Source: a virus (Duplodnaviria > Caudoviricetes). From it: a DNA stretch of 64,000 nucleotides. The position numbers and the translations under genes were made by a program. The stretch spans positions 64,001 to 128,000 of the IMG/VR virus record IMGVR_UViG_3300036790_000048, one strand, 5' to 3'. Of this stretch, positions 27,301 through 36,262 are shown piece by piece (the stretch's first letter is position 1; each line of letters begins with the position of its first letter). The notes beneath the pieces were generated by a model. It saw only the letters and a list, made by a program, of their open reading frames with translations. It ran no database searches and had not been told where the DNA came from.

Positions 27301-30300
27301 GCAGCCCAGCGTCGCTGGCAAACCAGTTGGCCTCCAGGTTGGCCAGCGCGTCACCGCGCGGCAGCGGGACGCCAGCCGCGTGCGCAGCCTCGTACATCAG
27401 GCCAGAGCAGTCGTAGTACTTGGGTCCGAACCGCTGCGGGTTCTCAGCCAGGTACGGATGTCCGACCTTGGAGTTGAAGTAGTCGAGCATCTTCTGCTCG
27501 ATCGCTCCGCCGTCCGCCACGTGCATGCCGACGTTGCCCTCAGGCACGCCAGGCATGGGGTTGGCGCTCGGGCACGTCTGCCCCGGCGGGCAGTCAGTGG
27601 CTCCGCCAGACGCGAAGCCAGGGATCTTCTGCGATGCCAGTGTGCCGCGGCTGCCAGACCCGGACAGCGTGTCGTAATGATTCAGCTGGTTGAGGAAGCC
27701 CGGCCCCATCTGCCGCTCGATGGCCATCCGAGCCGGCTGCCGGAGGACGTACTCGCCGCCCATGAGCGCAGCCACGTGGTTGTCATGACTGGGAGCGCCA
27801 GGCACGCTGCCGCTGAACGTAGACCCGCCAGCCGCGAACGGCTTGGGGATAGTGGGGATCTTCAGCCCGCCGGGCAGGTGCTTCAGGATGTCATTGTTGA
27901 TGAAGTTGATTGGCGTATTAATAATGCCGACCGCAGTATCGATGGCCGACTTGAACGCGCCGCTGAACGTGTTCTTGATGCCATTGCCCATGGTGGTCAG
28001 CCACCCAGGCACAGTGGTAACGAAGAAGTGCTCCAGGTTGCTAATGACGTCACGGTTGAAGTCAGTCCATACCGTGCTCCACGTGCTGGCGAACCCGCTG
28101 GTGGTGTCCTTGAACCACCCAGGGATAAGCGTGATGAAGAAGTGCTCGATATTCGCCAGCACAGTCCGGTTGAACGCATTCCACGCGTCAGACCACAGGG
28201 CAGCGAACCCGTTAGCTGCGTCCCCCAGCCACTGGGGCACAAGGGTGATGAAGAAGTGCTCGATATTCGCCAGCACAGTCCGGTTGAACGCATTCCACGC
28301 GTCAGACCACAGGGCAGCGAACCCGTTAGCTGCGTCCCCCAGCCACTGGGGCACAAGGGTGATAAAGAAGTGCTCTACGTTCGCGCTGACAACACGGTTG
28401 AACCCGTTCCACACCGTGGACCACGTGGTGGAGAACCCGTTGCCTATATCGCTCAGCCAGCTGGGCACCAGCGCGATGAAGAAGTGCTCGATATTGCCGC
28501 TGATAACCCGGTTGAATGTAGTCCACACCGTGGACCACGTTGTGGAGAACGCGTTGCTGATCTGCCCCAGCCACTGCGGTATCAGCGTGACGAAGAAGTG
28601 CTCGATATTGCCGCTGACGTCCCGGTTGAACCCAGTCCACGCAGTGGACCACAGGGTGGCGAACTGGTTCCCAACCGTCCTCAGCCATCCAGCGAACGTG
28701 CCCGTGAAGAACTTCTCGACCGGCTGCACGAACCCAGAGTCGAACCATTGCCACAGGGGGTCGAACAGCTTCTTGAACAGCATCTGGCCCGTGGTGTAGA
28801 TGACGTTCCACACCTGGTCCGCGCCAGTCTTCAGCGCGTCCCACGCGGCTCCCCAGTGGCCCTCCAGCGCGTCGATCGCCGCCTTGGCGATGGCGATCAG
28901 CTCATCGAAAATGATCTTGAAAATGCCCAGGATCACAGGCTCTGCGATCTTGAACGCGTTAACGAAGAACGTGCCGATCGGCGTCCAGGCCGTCTTGAAC
29001 CACGTGACGACGTTGGCCGCGCCAGTCTTGATGTCATCCCAGGTGCTGGGCTTGCCCAGGTTGGTCACCTGCACCGCGGTGTCTGACAGCTGCCTGCGAA
29101 CCTGCTCCAGGTTGACCTGGTTCAGGTCATTGCCACCCTGCTGCGCGTCGTGCAGCCCCTGCTTCATGCCAGCCAGTGGCTTGGTGCCGTTGTCTACCTC
29201 CCCCCACAGCTTCTCGGCCGCGCTCTTGGACAGGCCCATAGACTCAGCCCAGCCGATGAACTGGGATGCAGCCGCGCCGCTGTTCTTGTCAATCGCCAGG
29301 AACATGGTGGCGACTGCCTTGCCAGCGTTGATCGTGGCTTCCGAGTTAGGCCCAGTCTTGACCAGCGCCGTGGCGAACGCAGACAGCGCCCTCTGGCCGC
29401 CGTACGCGTTGAACGCAGCCGTGACCATGGCCGGGTTCAGCTGCGACTGCAGCGAGCTGCTCAGGCGCTGGGCCTCTAGGCTCAGGTTGGACGCTGCCTG
29501 CGTCTCCTTGTCCGTGGCGTCCTTGGCAGCGGTCAGCGGGTCCTTAATGTTGCCGACCCACTTCTGCAGTTCCTTGATGTTGGTGGTGGCCGGCCCGCCG
29601 GCCTCCTGTGCCAGCGCCGAGATCTCAGCCGCGGCCGTCTTGCTGCCGCCAGCCATTGGTATCAGAGACGCCACCAGGTCCTTGACAAACTTGGTGAAGT
29701 TGCCCGTGCCAGTCAGCGCCTGCTGGCTGCGGAACGCGTCGAACAGCTGCTCGACGTTGGTCAGGTTGGTCTGGAAGTCCGATTGCAGCTGGAGGCTCGG
29801 CGCGTTCAGGCCGGTCATCGACGCGCCAGCCGTCTTGGCATCCGTGGCAAATGTGGCGAACCCCTGCGCCATGGTGATAAGCGCAGTCTCGCTGCCCGTC
29901 ACCGTCTTGATCCACGTGTCCCAGGCGGTGTTGAGGTTCCCCATCTCCTTGACCTGGGTGGACTCGCTCACCGTGAGGACGTTCAGGTCCCCGCCGACAG
30001 TGCCAAGCTGCTGGCCCATCGCCTGGTAGCCCTTGATCAGGCCAGTAACCTGCTGGAACGCATCCGCCCAGACCTTATTGGACGTGCTGAACAGCTGGTT
30101 GGTCTTGACCCCGGCCGCGTTCAGCAGCGCCAGCGCGCCGACATACCCGACGCCGTACGCCTTGGACACCTGGCCGACGTGATCCAGCTCGGCGCTCAGC
30201 TGACCGGTGAGCTGCTGCTGGAAGCCAGTCAGCTCCTGCGTGTTGCCGCCGAGTCCTGCCTGCGCCCTCCCTAGCTCAGTGGTGGTGGCAGCCAGCGCGC

Positions 30301-33256
30301 CGACCGTCTTGTCAACGACCTGGTACAGCGACGCTGTTTGGACCACCTTCTGCGTCGCGTTGATCCACTGCTGCGTCTGGTCAGGCAGAGTGGACAGCCA
30401 GAACCCGACTCCAGCCAGCGCCAAAGCGCCAGCCGCGACCCAGCCCCAGACCGGGATCTCCATGAGAGCCGAGAACCCGCCGCCGACGATCGGCAGCTTG
30501 GTGGCGATGCCGCCTATCTGCTTGAGCAGCCCCTCGCTCTTGGTGCCGGTGTCCTCAAGCGCGCCGCCAGCCTCTTCCGCGTCCTTGCCCAGCCCGCCGA
30601 ACCTGCTGCCGACGATGGGCAGGTTCGACGCCATATCCTGGACCGTCTTACCCAGGGTACTGAACCGGCCGCTCAGGGTGTCAGTCTCGTCCCCGCCCTT
30701 GCCCATGGTGGTGAGCAGGTTCTCGAGGTCGGTGCGGCTGCCGCCAGTGGCGATGGCCAGAGCCACCGCCTGCTTGCCTGCGTCATCCAGCCCAGCGCCG
30801 AACTCCTCGAAGAGGCTCTTGCCCTTCTCAGTCTGGGTGGCCAGGTCCTCGACCGACATGCCCGACTTGGCGACATTGACCTGGAACTGGCCCAGCTCGT
30901 CCACAGTCGAGCCGAGCGCCGCCGCCACGTTCTTGACCGCGGGCGACGCCATGGCCAGCTTGGTGAGCTGGTCCGTGGTGGCGTTCAGCGTCTGCGCAGT
31001 CTTGAACGCGATGCTGTTCAGCGGCCCGAACCGCCCGACCAGCATGTCAATGCCCAGGGCCACCTTAGTGACCATGGTCGTCATCAAGCCGCCCCACAGC
31101 AGAATGGCGTGCAGCCCGAGCAGCGACGCCAGCAGCGGCGTGGGCATCTTGGAGATGTCCGCCACCAGGGCGAGGACCTTATCGCCAATCATGGCCAGGT
31201 CCTCAGCCACGTGCGTCAGCGCGGTGGCCTTGATGAAGTTGGCGGCGATGATCCCGACCGACTCGAATCCCTTGCCGATCAGCGCCAGGTCCTTGGCCCC
31301 GGTCTGGAAGAAGTCCATGAGGCCGTTGCCAGACCCACCGGTGAGGAACACAGCGATCTTAGCGCCCATGTTCTCAAGGAAGGAGCCGGTCTCCCCGATA
31401 ATCTTGTTAAGCGTGCTGCCCTTGTTCCCCATCACCGTCAGGGCGTCACCGAACAGCTCGTAGACCTGCGGCGTGACCGCCTGCGCCAGCTGCTGGAAGC
31501 TGCCCTTGAGGGGCGGTATCGCCTCGTTCAGCGCCTTGGACACGACCCAGGTGTTATACATCTGCTTGCCGACTTGCTCACCGGCCTGCACACCCGCCGC
31601 GCCCCATGCCGCCAGCCCGATAGCCGCAGTACTCAGCGCCGGTATCCACAGCGCCAGGACCTCGATCACGCCGTCCATCAGGACGTGCCAGGCCGCTATC
31701 TTGCCGATCATCTCGGCCGACCCGAAGAACCCGCCGAACAGCGTCAGCTGCCGCGTCAGCGCCCCCCAGTAGCCCCACGACCGGTGCGCGGAATTGCCGG
31801 AGTCGTCAGCCCCAGCGCCCGCTGCCTCCAGCGCCGCCTTGGCAGCCTGGGCCGGCTCCACGATGTCTTGCATCGCAGCCGCAGTCTTCTCCGCGGAGTC
31901 AGAAGCCTGGTTGTCATCTCCCGCGTTCCGAGCCGCCGCAGCGCTGGCGATGTCCATGGCGGCCGCAGCGTCTCGCGCTGCCTTGGCCTCAGCCTCGTAC
32001 GCCGCCTGGTTAGCCGCGGTGGTGAACCCGAACGGCTGCTTCACAGACGTCGCAGCGGGAGCCTGCACATTGGGGATGACTGTGACGCGCACAGCCTGGT
32101 TCAGCGTGTCGATGGCGGCCCTGTCACGGTCCACCGACGCCATCAGCCCAGCGTCGTCCAACTTAGCCTGGGGGTCCGCCCTGAGGTTGTTCAGGGCGTG
32201 CAGCTCCGCCTCATCTCGCGTGATGGCAGCGCGGAACGGAGCGTCGTCCAGGTACAGCGGCGGACTCGCGCCGCTGTTGGCCCCGCCAGTCAGAGGCGCG
32301 AGCGTGGTCTGCTGCACGGTCACCGACTCAGTGACGCTCGACTTGGTGGCGGACAGCCGCCGCAGCGCCGACGTGATGGCCTCGATGCCGGTCACCATCT
32401 CGGAGTCGTCTATCTCTACCTTGGGCCGCGCCACCATGTCGCTGAGCTTGGTGAGCATCAGCATGTCCAGCGTGTCCGCCGCGCGGAAGTCGTCGTCCAT
32501 TAGGACAACGGTCGGATTGGCGACGAACGAGTCCATCGTGTTCAGCGCAGCCTGGTCTGACGCCAGGTCCAGCCCGAACTGCGTGTCCTCCAGCTGCACC
32601 GTGGGAGTGGCCTGCAGCTTGTTCAGCCGGTTGAGCGCCGACTCCAGGTTAGTCGTGCCGCCCAGCAGCTGCTGAGCCGATGAGTGCGTGCTCCCGACCG
32701 CGTTGGCCTGCCCGACCGCGGCCTGCGTGGCAGCGTTCAGCGCCAGCACGCGCGCATTCCACGCCTGGTTCTCCAGGTTCATCGCGCCGCGGAGCGCAGA
32801 CAGGTACTGCAGGTACTGCTCGGGCGTGGCGTAGCCCTGCTGGACAGCCCGGTTGTAAAGGTACTGCTGCGCTATCTCCTGGTTGCGGAAGGCATAGTTC
32901 TGGTACGGAGAGAAGAACCCGCGCTGCTCCTGTATGTTCAGCAGCCGCCGGTACTGGACCTCCCGGTCAAGGTTGGACAGGTACGCCTGCTCGCTGGTCG
33001 CGCCCGCCCAGTTGACTCGCTGGTTGTAGAGGTCCGCTCCCTGGCTGGCCACCCGCATCGCGTCGTTCATCTGGCCCAGCTGCTTGATCTGCTGGTCGCG
33101 CATGGTCGCCACCTGCGTGCCCGATGACAGCTGGGCCGTGTTCAGGTTCTGCGCCGCCTTTTTCAGCGCTTCCATCTCGGCCAGCGCCTCAGCCGCCTTG
33201 CGCGTGAGGTCGCTGAAGTCCGCGACCGCCTTGTAGAGGACTACCCACTCAGGCAT
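24368..33256 (-). CDS. Tape measure protein with C-terminal NlpC/P60 and two tail-lysozyme-like domains
   Basis: 2962 aa, Ala/Gly-rich and helical, with W/F-spaced repeats. DCSG...GDLLFF...GHVG, and two GES.xNP...G.G.I.WT motifs. Confidence 0.92.
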   Translation of the reverse strand: MPEWVVLYKAVADFSDLTRKAAEALAEMEALKKAAQNLNTAQLSSGTQVATMRDQQIKQLGQMNDAMRVASQGADLYNQRVNWAGATSEQAYLSNLDREVQYRRLLNIQEQRGFFSPYQNYAFRNQEIAQQYLYNRAVQQGYATPEQYLQYLSALRGAMNLENQAWNARVLALNAATQAAVGQANAVGSTHSSAQQLLGGTTNLESALNRLNKLQATPTVQLEDTQFGLDLASDQAALNTMDSFVANPTVVLMDDDFRAADTLDMLMLTKLSDMVARPKVEIDDSEMVTGIEAITSALRRLSATKSSVTESVTVQQTTLAPLTGGANSGASPPLYLDDAPFRAAITRDEAELHALNNLRADPQAKLDDAGLMASVDRDRAAIDTLNQAVRVTVIPNVQAPAATSVKQPFGFTTAANQAAYEAEAKAARDAAAAMDIASAAAARNAGDDNQASDSAEKTAAAMQDIVEPAQAAKAALEAAGAGADDSGNSAHRSWGYWGALTRQLTLFGGFFGSAEMIGKIAAWHVLMDGVIEVLALWIPALSTAAIGLAAWGAAGVQAGEQVGKQMYNTWVVSKALNEAIPPLKGSFQQLAQAVTPQVYELFGDALTVMGNKGSTLNKIIGETGSFLENMGAKIAVFLTGGSGNGLMDFFQTGAKDLALIGKGFESVGIIAANFIKATALTHVAEDLAMIGDKVLALVADISKMPTPLLASLLGLHAILLWGGLMTTMVTKVALGIDMLVGRFGPLNSIAFKTAQTLNATTDQLTKLAMASPAVKNVAAALGSTVDELGQFQVNVAKSGMSVEDLATQTEKGKSLFEEFGAGLDDAGKQAVALAIATGGSRTDLENLLTTMGKGGDETDTLSGRFSTLGKTVQDMASNLPIVGSRFGGLGKDAEEAGGALEDTGTKSEGLLKQIGGIATKLPIVGGGFSALMEIPVWGWVAAGALALAGVGFWLSTLPDQTQQWINATQKVVQTASLYQVVDKTVGALAATTTELGRAQAGLGGNTQELTGFQQQLTGQLSAELDHVGQVSKAYGVGYVGALALLNAAGVKTNQLFSTSNKVWADAFQQVTGLIKGYQAMGQQLGTVGGDLNVLTVSESTQVKEMGNLNTAWDTWIKTVTGSETALITMAQGFATFATDAKTAGASMTGLNAPSLQLQSDFQTNLTNVEQLFDAFRSQQALTGTGNFTKFVKDLVASLIPMAGGSKTAAAEISALAQEAGGPATTNIKELQKWVGNIKDPLTAAKDATDKETQAASNLSLEAQRLSSSLQSQLNPAMVTAAFNAYGGQRALSAFATALVKTGPNSEATINAGKAVATMFLAIDKNSGAAASQFIGWAESMGLSKSAAEKLWGEVDNGTKPLAGMKQGLHDAQQGGNDLNQVNLEQVRRQLSDTAVQVTNLGKPSTWDDIKTGAANVVTWFKTAWTPIGTFFVNAFKIAEPVILGIFKIIFDELIAIAKAAIDALEGHWGAAWDALKTGADQVWNVIYTTGQMLFKKLFDPLWQWFDSGFVQPVEKFFTGTFAGWLRTVGNQFATLWSTAWTGFNRDVSGNIEHFFVTLIPQWLGQISNAFSTTWSTVWTTFNRVISGNIEHFFIALVPSWLSDIGNGFSTTWSTVWNGFNRVVSANVEHFFITLVPQWLGDAANGFAALWSDAWNAFNRTVLANIEHFFITLVPQWLGDAANGFAALWSDAWNAFNRTVLANIEHFFITLIPGWFKDTTSGFASTWSTVWTDFNRDVISNLEHFFVTTVPGWLTTMGNGIKNTFSGAFKSAIDTAVGIINTPINFINNDILKHLPGGLKIPTIPKPFAAGGSTFSGSVPGAPSHDNHVAALMGGEYVLRQPARMAIERQMGPGFLNQLNHYDTLSGSGSRGTLASQKIPGFASGGATDCPPGQTCPSANPMPGVPEGNVGMHVADGGAIEQKMLDYFNSKVGHPYLAENPQRFGPKYYDCSGLMYEAAHAAGVPLPRGDALANLEANWFASDAGLQPYHYNARSQVETGDLLFFVGADPAPSNFGEGIGHVGMAASATTLVSAYDTAEGVTDTPIDQDKFVVGIRLGGIGGKSIVSEILGALGAIFSDIENLTVDGGTALAGGLKDLVGDVKGGAGALLKLAREGATDVFNGVWDATVQPMVNVLPDDTAPGALLRGAAAQIKQGIDNFMMGQDQKAQAAAAASGAGGSAPAGGATGGEMANGRELYNYLLTNLFGGHKIAAAGATASIWGESLWNPFVHDSAGRGIIEWTPPSSISNADYSGGMATQLPAIIRFVQNNGDEGVIRQMMSASSVAAAAALWDHGVERAGISDVHSEGIALASQIAGLAAGGAWGNGWESGGSVPTGGQLGSNVAGGAFAGSTPGRGMVTIPFAAGGMSVPMLGGSMASGGTPTSLMAAGGVPPTRTMSSRFASGGVANLITVAEYLMQHGATRTSAAGIAGDIYGESGGNPESVGDGGFGLIGWTGNTIGLPAGYKKPTGNVAHDLQVQEAGVVGYINANGGFGRINAQTSVNAAADIFSLDYERPAVRYSDTRPSIAAEVYAALPAAGASAGYTAITLAQAQKLLDAPVQQLPWWVAGPNDMHQVHTLSSKQQYYANAAELSWLNVAAKASDGYDPITVAQAQSLLAAKPQQLPWWVAGVNDMHQVHTVATSGQQYYANAAEEKWLLANAPAATTSSSGINTTPNPGAPPYVGTWLTQQTNSDFWQNAEASAYAALLATNTGAVKNKTTAPLFADLKSYQMEETQLWHNLMGHTADASNMTQSEWNQLMSYLGQYKTLKLGPGTKVYQGLRHYHPETYDNLTGILGNELGDVQAQYKTWQQLYGPGAILNPQTNQTPGPGSGSGVGAMSGLITANTNPIVLNPLPGMKNAPIEGYASGGVALGDLLGSLNMLPASPTRITGGVQPTVGAVNRATREPAHTRSAAAQATASGQGTNVTFGDINITNPRPEAASTSLTHATQRATFLAGRQLG
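28131..28363. repeat. Perfect 114-bp tandem duplication inside the TMP
   Basis: Identical units start at 28131 and 28245, within a longer degenerate 38-aa array. Confidence 0.9.
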
Positions 33257-33576
33257 AACTCACCGTCCCCCTGTATGGCCCTCTTCAGCTCATCGTGCCG
33301 GGCGTCCATGTGGTCTGTCGTCAGCCCGGTGGTGATAAGCGCAAACACAGAGAGCAAAAGGGGGTAGACGGTGCAGTAGATGCCGACCGTCAGCAGGTGC
33401 GGCAGCCACCCCTGGGGCGTGATATCAGCCCCGGCCGTGACCGCGGTCGCCGTGGCGTAGTACAGCCCCTCCCACACGCCGCAGTGCTGGGCCAGCCCGA
33501 ACGCGATGCCGAGCACGATGTCCGCCAGCACCATGCATATGGCCAGGGTCCTCGCCCGGCGGTGGTGCCTGTTCAC
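33241..33576 (-). CDS. 2TM/1P ion-channel-like protein (KcsA/Ion_trans_2-like) with a degenerate filter
   Basis: TM1, then VWEGLYYATATAVTAGADITPQG, then TM2. Confidence 0.6.
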   Translation of the reverse strand: MNRHHRRARTLAICMVLADIVLGIAFGLAQHCGVWEGLYYATATAVTAGADITPQGWLPHLLTVGIYCTVYPLLLSVFALITTGLTTDHMDARHDELKRAIQGDGELCLSG

Positions 33577-33941
33577 TTCAGCTCGTCTAGCTTGGCCAGG
33601 ATCTGCTGCAGCAGCTCATTATCAGAGACATACGGCCGGGCGTTCTCGTGATGGACGTTGCACCAGGGCGTGCCGTTGACCCGGTGCCGGCCGTAGCGGA
33701 GGCACCCGTCCTGGTGGCAGTTGTGCCCGTGCCACATGCCGGTGATGACAGACGCCCCGAGAATCGCGGTCAGGATCATCGGCCCGATACCGGAGCTGAA
33801 CCCGTACTCCGGTGTGGACTGCAGGTTGAACCCAGCCGCCTGCGCCACCCAGAACATCCCGTACCAGAACGCGCAGAACCCGAGGAAGGCAGCGCCGAAG
33901 ATCAGCGCCGCCTGCCCGAGTCCCGCACGCCTCGATGTCAC
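33573..33941 (-). CDS. 2-TM membrane protein with a Cys/His cluster
   Basis: Two TM helices, then HNCHQDGC...WCNVHH. Confidence 0.65.
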   Translation of the reverse strand: MTSRRAGLGQAALIFGAAFLGFCAFWYGMFWVAQAAGFNLQSTPEYGFSSGIGPMILTAILGASVITGMWHGHNCHQDGCLRYGRHRVNGTPWCNVHHENARPYVSDNELLQQILAKLDELK

Positions 33942-35160
33942 TTCCAGTCACGGTTCCCAGGTGGCCGGAAGATGCTCAGCACACCCTCAGCCGAGCCAGG
34001 CGGAGGGTCGAACCCCTCCGGTAGCCTGTCCGGGTCGCCGTCGCCCAGCTTGGGTCCGGTCACCGTGCCGTCCGGCCCGACCTCGAACGGAGGGGTCCAG
34101 TCGTCAGTGTGCTTCGGCTTCCGCACCCCAGGCATGGGCGGCATCCGGCGCTTGCGCGTCGGCCGCTTGAGGCGCGAGTAGTCGAGCGGCTCGGTGTTGA
34201 CGCCGTTCATCCGCTCGTCCTCGCTCTGGGCCTCACGAGCCGCAGGGAGTTCACGCTCGTCCACGTCCTCGTCCTCCCACTCCCAGTCGTCCTCGTCGTC
34301 GTCCTCGTACGGCATGGGCAGCCTGATCTGCGAGGCCGACTGCACGAGCGGGTTGCGCCCGTTGACCGGCTTCACCTGCGCGCCAGCCCCGATGAAGGTG
34401 GCGAGGATCTTGGTCTGCCATTCGACTAGCGCGCGGCGGCTGCGCTCCTCCTCCCAGTGCCTTGCCGTGATCGCGGCGATGATTTGCCGGAGCCGTTTGA
34501 CGGTGAGGTCGAGGATGGCTTCGTCCGACCACCCGTACTGGGCTGAGATGAGGTCGAAGACGCGGGCGAACTCTCCGGCAATTTCAGATCCTGGGAGGGC
34601 CGGGCGTCGCCGGACTTGTCCTTGAGCTGCCCCGTCTTGGCCGCCAGCTGCAGGAACTGGCTGAGACGTTTTCCCAGGGCCTGCATGTCGGACGACTCGC
34701 GCCGGACGAAGTTCTCCACCAGGCAGATGGTGTCCTCCGGGTCCGGGTTCCACAGCTCCTGGTTCAGCTCGGTCCAGAGCGCCAGGTTGCCCTCCCGCTC
34801 CTTGGCGGACATGTCCCGCGGTGCCTTGGCGCACAGGCCGACCGGCTCCAGCATGGACTGCAGGAAGTCGATCGTCTCCTGCTCGGCGTCCGGGATGCTG
34901 AACAGCACCAGCGTGACGAGTTTCTTCATGAACTCGGCCGGGTCCTCGTTGAAGTCGAGGCCAGCCTGCATGAACGCGGTGCCCGCGCCGTGCGTGATGA
35001 TCCGCAGCAGCTTGAACAGCTGCCGCGTGCGCATATCGAGGACGTGCACCTCGATGCCGCACTTGAGGGTCAGGGTGTCCGGCACCGGGTCGATCCGGTC
35101 GATGTCCGTGATCTCCGCCGCCTCGCCGTCCAGCGCCGCGGCCAGTTCGTCATCGTCCAT
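33938..35160 (-). CDS. Tail assembly chaperone, -1 frameshifted long form (GT-like)
   Basis: In-frame slippery G-GGA-AAA at 34675..34669. The -1 frame continues to FDLISAQYGWSDEAILDLTVKRLRQ, a typical T-domain pattern. Confidence 0.8.
34426..35160 (-). CDS. Tail assembly chaperone, short form (G-like)
   Basis: Lies between the tail tube and TMP. GGAGG SD before ATG 35160. Confidence 0.8.
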   Translation of the reverse strand: MDDDELAAALDGEAAEITDIDRIDPVPDTLTLKCGIEVHVLDMRTRQLFKLLRIITHGAGTAFMQAGLDFNEDPAEFMKKLVTLVLFSIPDAEQETIDFLQSMLEPVGLCAKAPRDMSAKEREGNLALWTELNQELWNPDPEDTICLVENFVRRESSDMQALGKRLSQFLQLAAKTGQLKDKSGDARPSQDLKLPESSPASSTSSQPSTGGRTKPSSTSPSNGSGKSSPRSRQGTGRRSAAAAR

Positions 35161-35228
35161 AATTCGTGCGGCCTCCAAGGGCTCATTCTTAACTAGTTGC
35201 GGGGTTTCGCTTTTCTAGAGTATCGGAC

Positions 35229-35582
35229 ATGGGATCAGGCATTCAGCTGATGCGCACGGCCGATATAGGCCGGATGTGGAGTGCCAACCTCTGGCACCAG
35301 GAGCACATACGGGGCACCGTCAGCGAATGGGAAGCCAAGCACAGGCACCTCATCAGCGCAGCTCTGTCAGACCTGGGCTCGCCGCTGATCGTGGCCCCCG
35401 GCCGCGCCGTATTGCTCAACGGGCATTTCCGCTATGCCTCAGCGATTCACTACGGCGCGCTGCTTCTCCCGGTCATAGATGACCCGCTCCACCCCAGCTA
35501 CCCAGACGCGTGGCGCTGGCTGGGCATGGAAAGGCCCGCCGGGATGCGGTCGGCAGCTCCCGGCGGGCCTCGTATCTGCTAG
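35229..35582 (+). CDS. Stand-alone ParB/Srx-like domain protein
   Basis: PLIV...LLNGHFRYASA...G...LPV matches the ParB N-terminal motif. Confidence 0.55.
   Translation: MGSGIQLMRTADIGRMWSANLWHQEHIRGTVSEWEAKHRHLISAALSDLGSPLIVAPGRAVLLNGHFRYASAIHYGALLLPVIDDPLHPSYPDAWRWLGMERPAGMRSAAPGGPRIC
35530..35570 (-). terminator. Intrinsic terminator-like hairpin after the tail tube gene
   Basis: AGGCCCGCCGGGA-N13-TCCCGGCGGGCCT followed by TT. Confidence 0.65.
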
Positions 35583-36208
35583 ATACCGGCGAACGGCTGC
35601 GCGGTGAACGCGCCGGTCTCGGAACCCGGCTTGCTGATCATGCGACCGAGCGACCTCGGGTACGACGCCGGCAGCGAGGTGCCGTACTCGTCCGTGAGGG
35701 ACATCAGCGCGCGCCCGGCCAGCGAAACGGTCAGGCCGTTCTTGTAGCTGGGGCCGGTGAAGTTGAACGGCATGAACTGCACCCGGTAGAGCACGAAGTC
35801 GAGGGTGCGGATCGCGCCGCCGGAGTCACGGGAGGGCACCCGCAGCGCCACCGGCCGGGTGATCTGGTTCAGCGAGTTGAGCGTCCACAGCGGCAGGCCG
35901 TAGTAGTCGTTCGGGCTGACGCCGGACGAGCTGACCGCGGTGCCGGTGATGGTCGAGAGCGTGTTGAACGTGAGGAAGCCGGACTCGATGGTCAGGTTCG
36001 CGAAGTTGAACCAGAACCACTCCGACAGCACGATGTCGTCGCCGGTGTTCTCGAAGTTACCCGAGTCCGTGGCCAGCGTGCCGTTGCGCACGCCGTAGAG
36101 CGTGGCCGACTCGACGCCGGTACCAGTGCCGGTGATGCTCGTGCTGGACGCGTCCAGGATCGCCGCGTGCGAGAGCGAAAAGCCTTCAAAGGTGGGAGTC
36201 GTGGACAT
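35579..36208 (-). CDS. Major tail tube protein
   Basis: 209 aa, S/T/G-rich, upstream of the chaperone. Strong AGGAG SD, with its own promoter motif and terminator. Confidence 0.8.
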   Translation of the reverse strand: MSTTPTFEGFSLSHAAILDASSTSITGTGTGVESATLYGVRNGTLATDSGNFENTGDDIVLSEWFWFNFANLTIESGFLTFNTLSTITGTAVSSSGVSPNDYYGLPLWTLNSLNQITRPVALRVPSRDSGGAIRTLDFVLYRVQFMPFNFTGPSYKNGLTVSLAGRALMSLTDEYGTSLPASYPRSLGRMISKPGSETGAFTAQPFAGI

Positions 36209-36262
36209 GCGCCATCTCCTGCTCTATGGGCTCCGCGGCCTCGTGATTAGTGCTTGCCCTGA

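Noticed and set aside
25280-28700. TMP or fibre repeats as a diversity-generating retroelement TR/VR pair
   Set aside because: No reverse transcriptase. The repeats are in-frame tandem units, and the differences are not adenine-specific.
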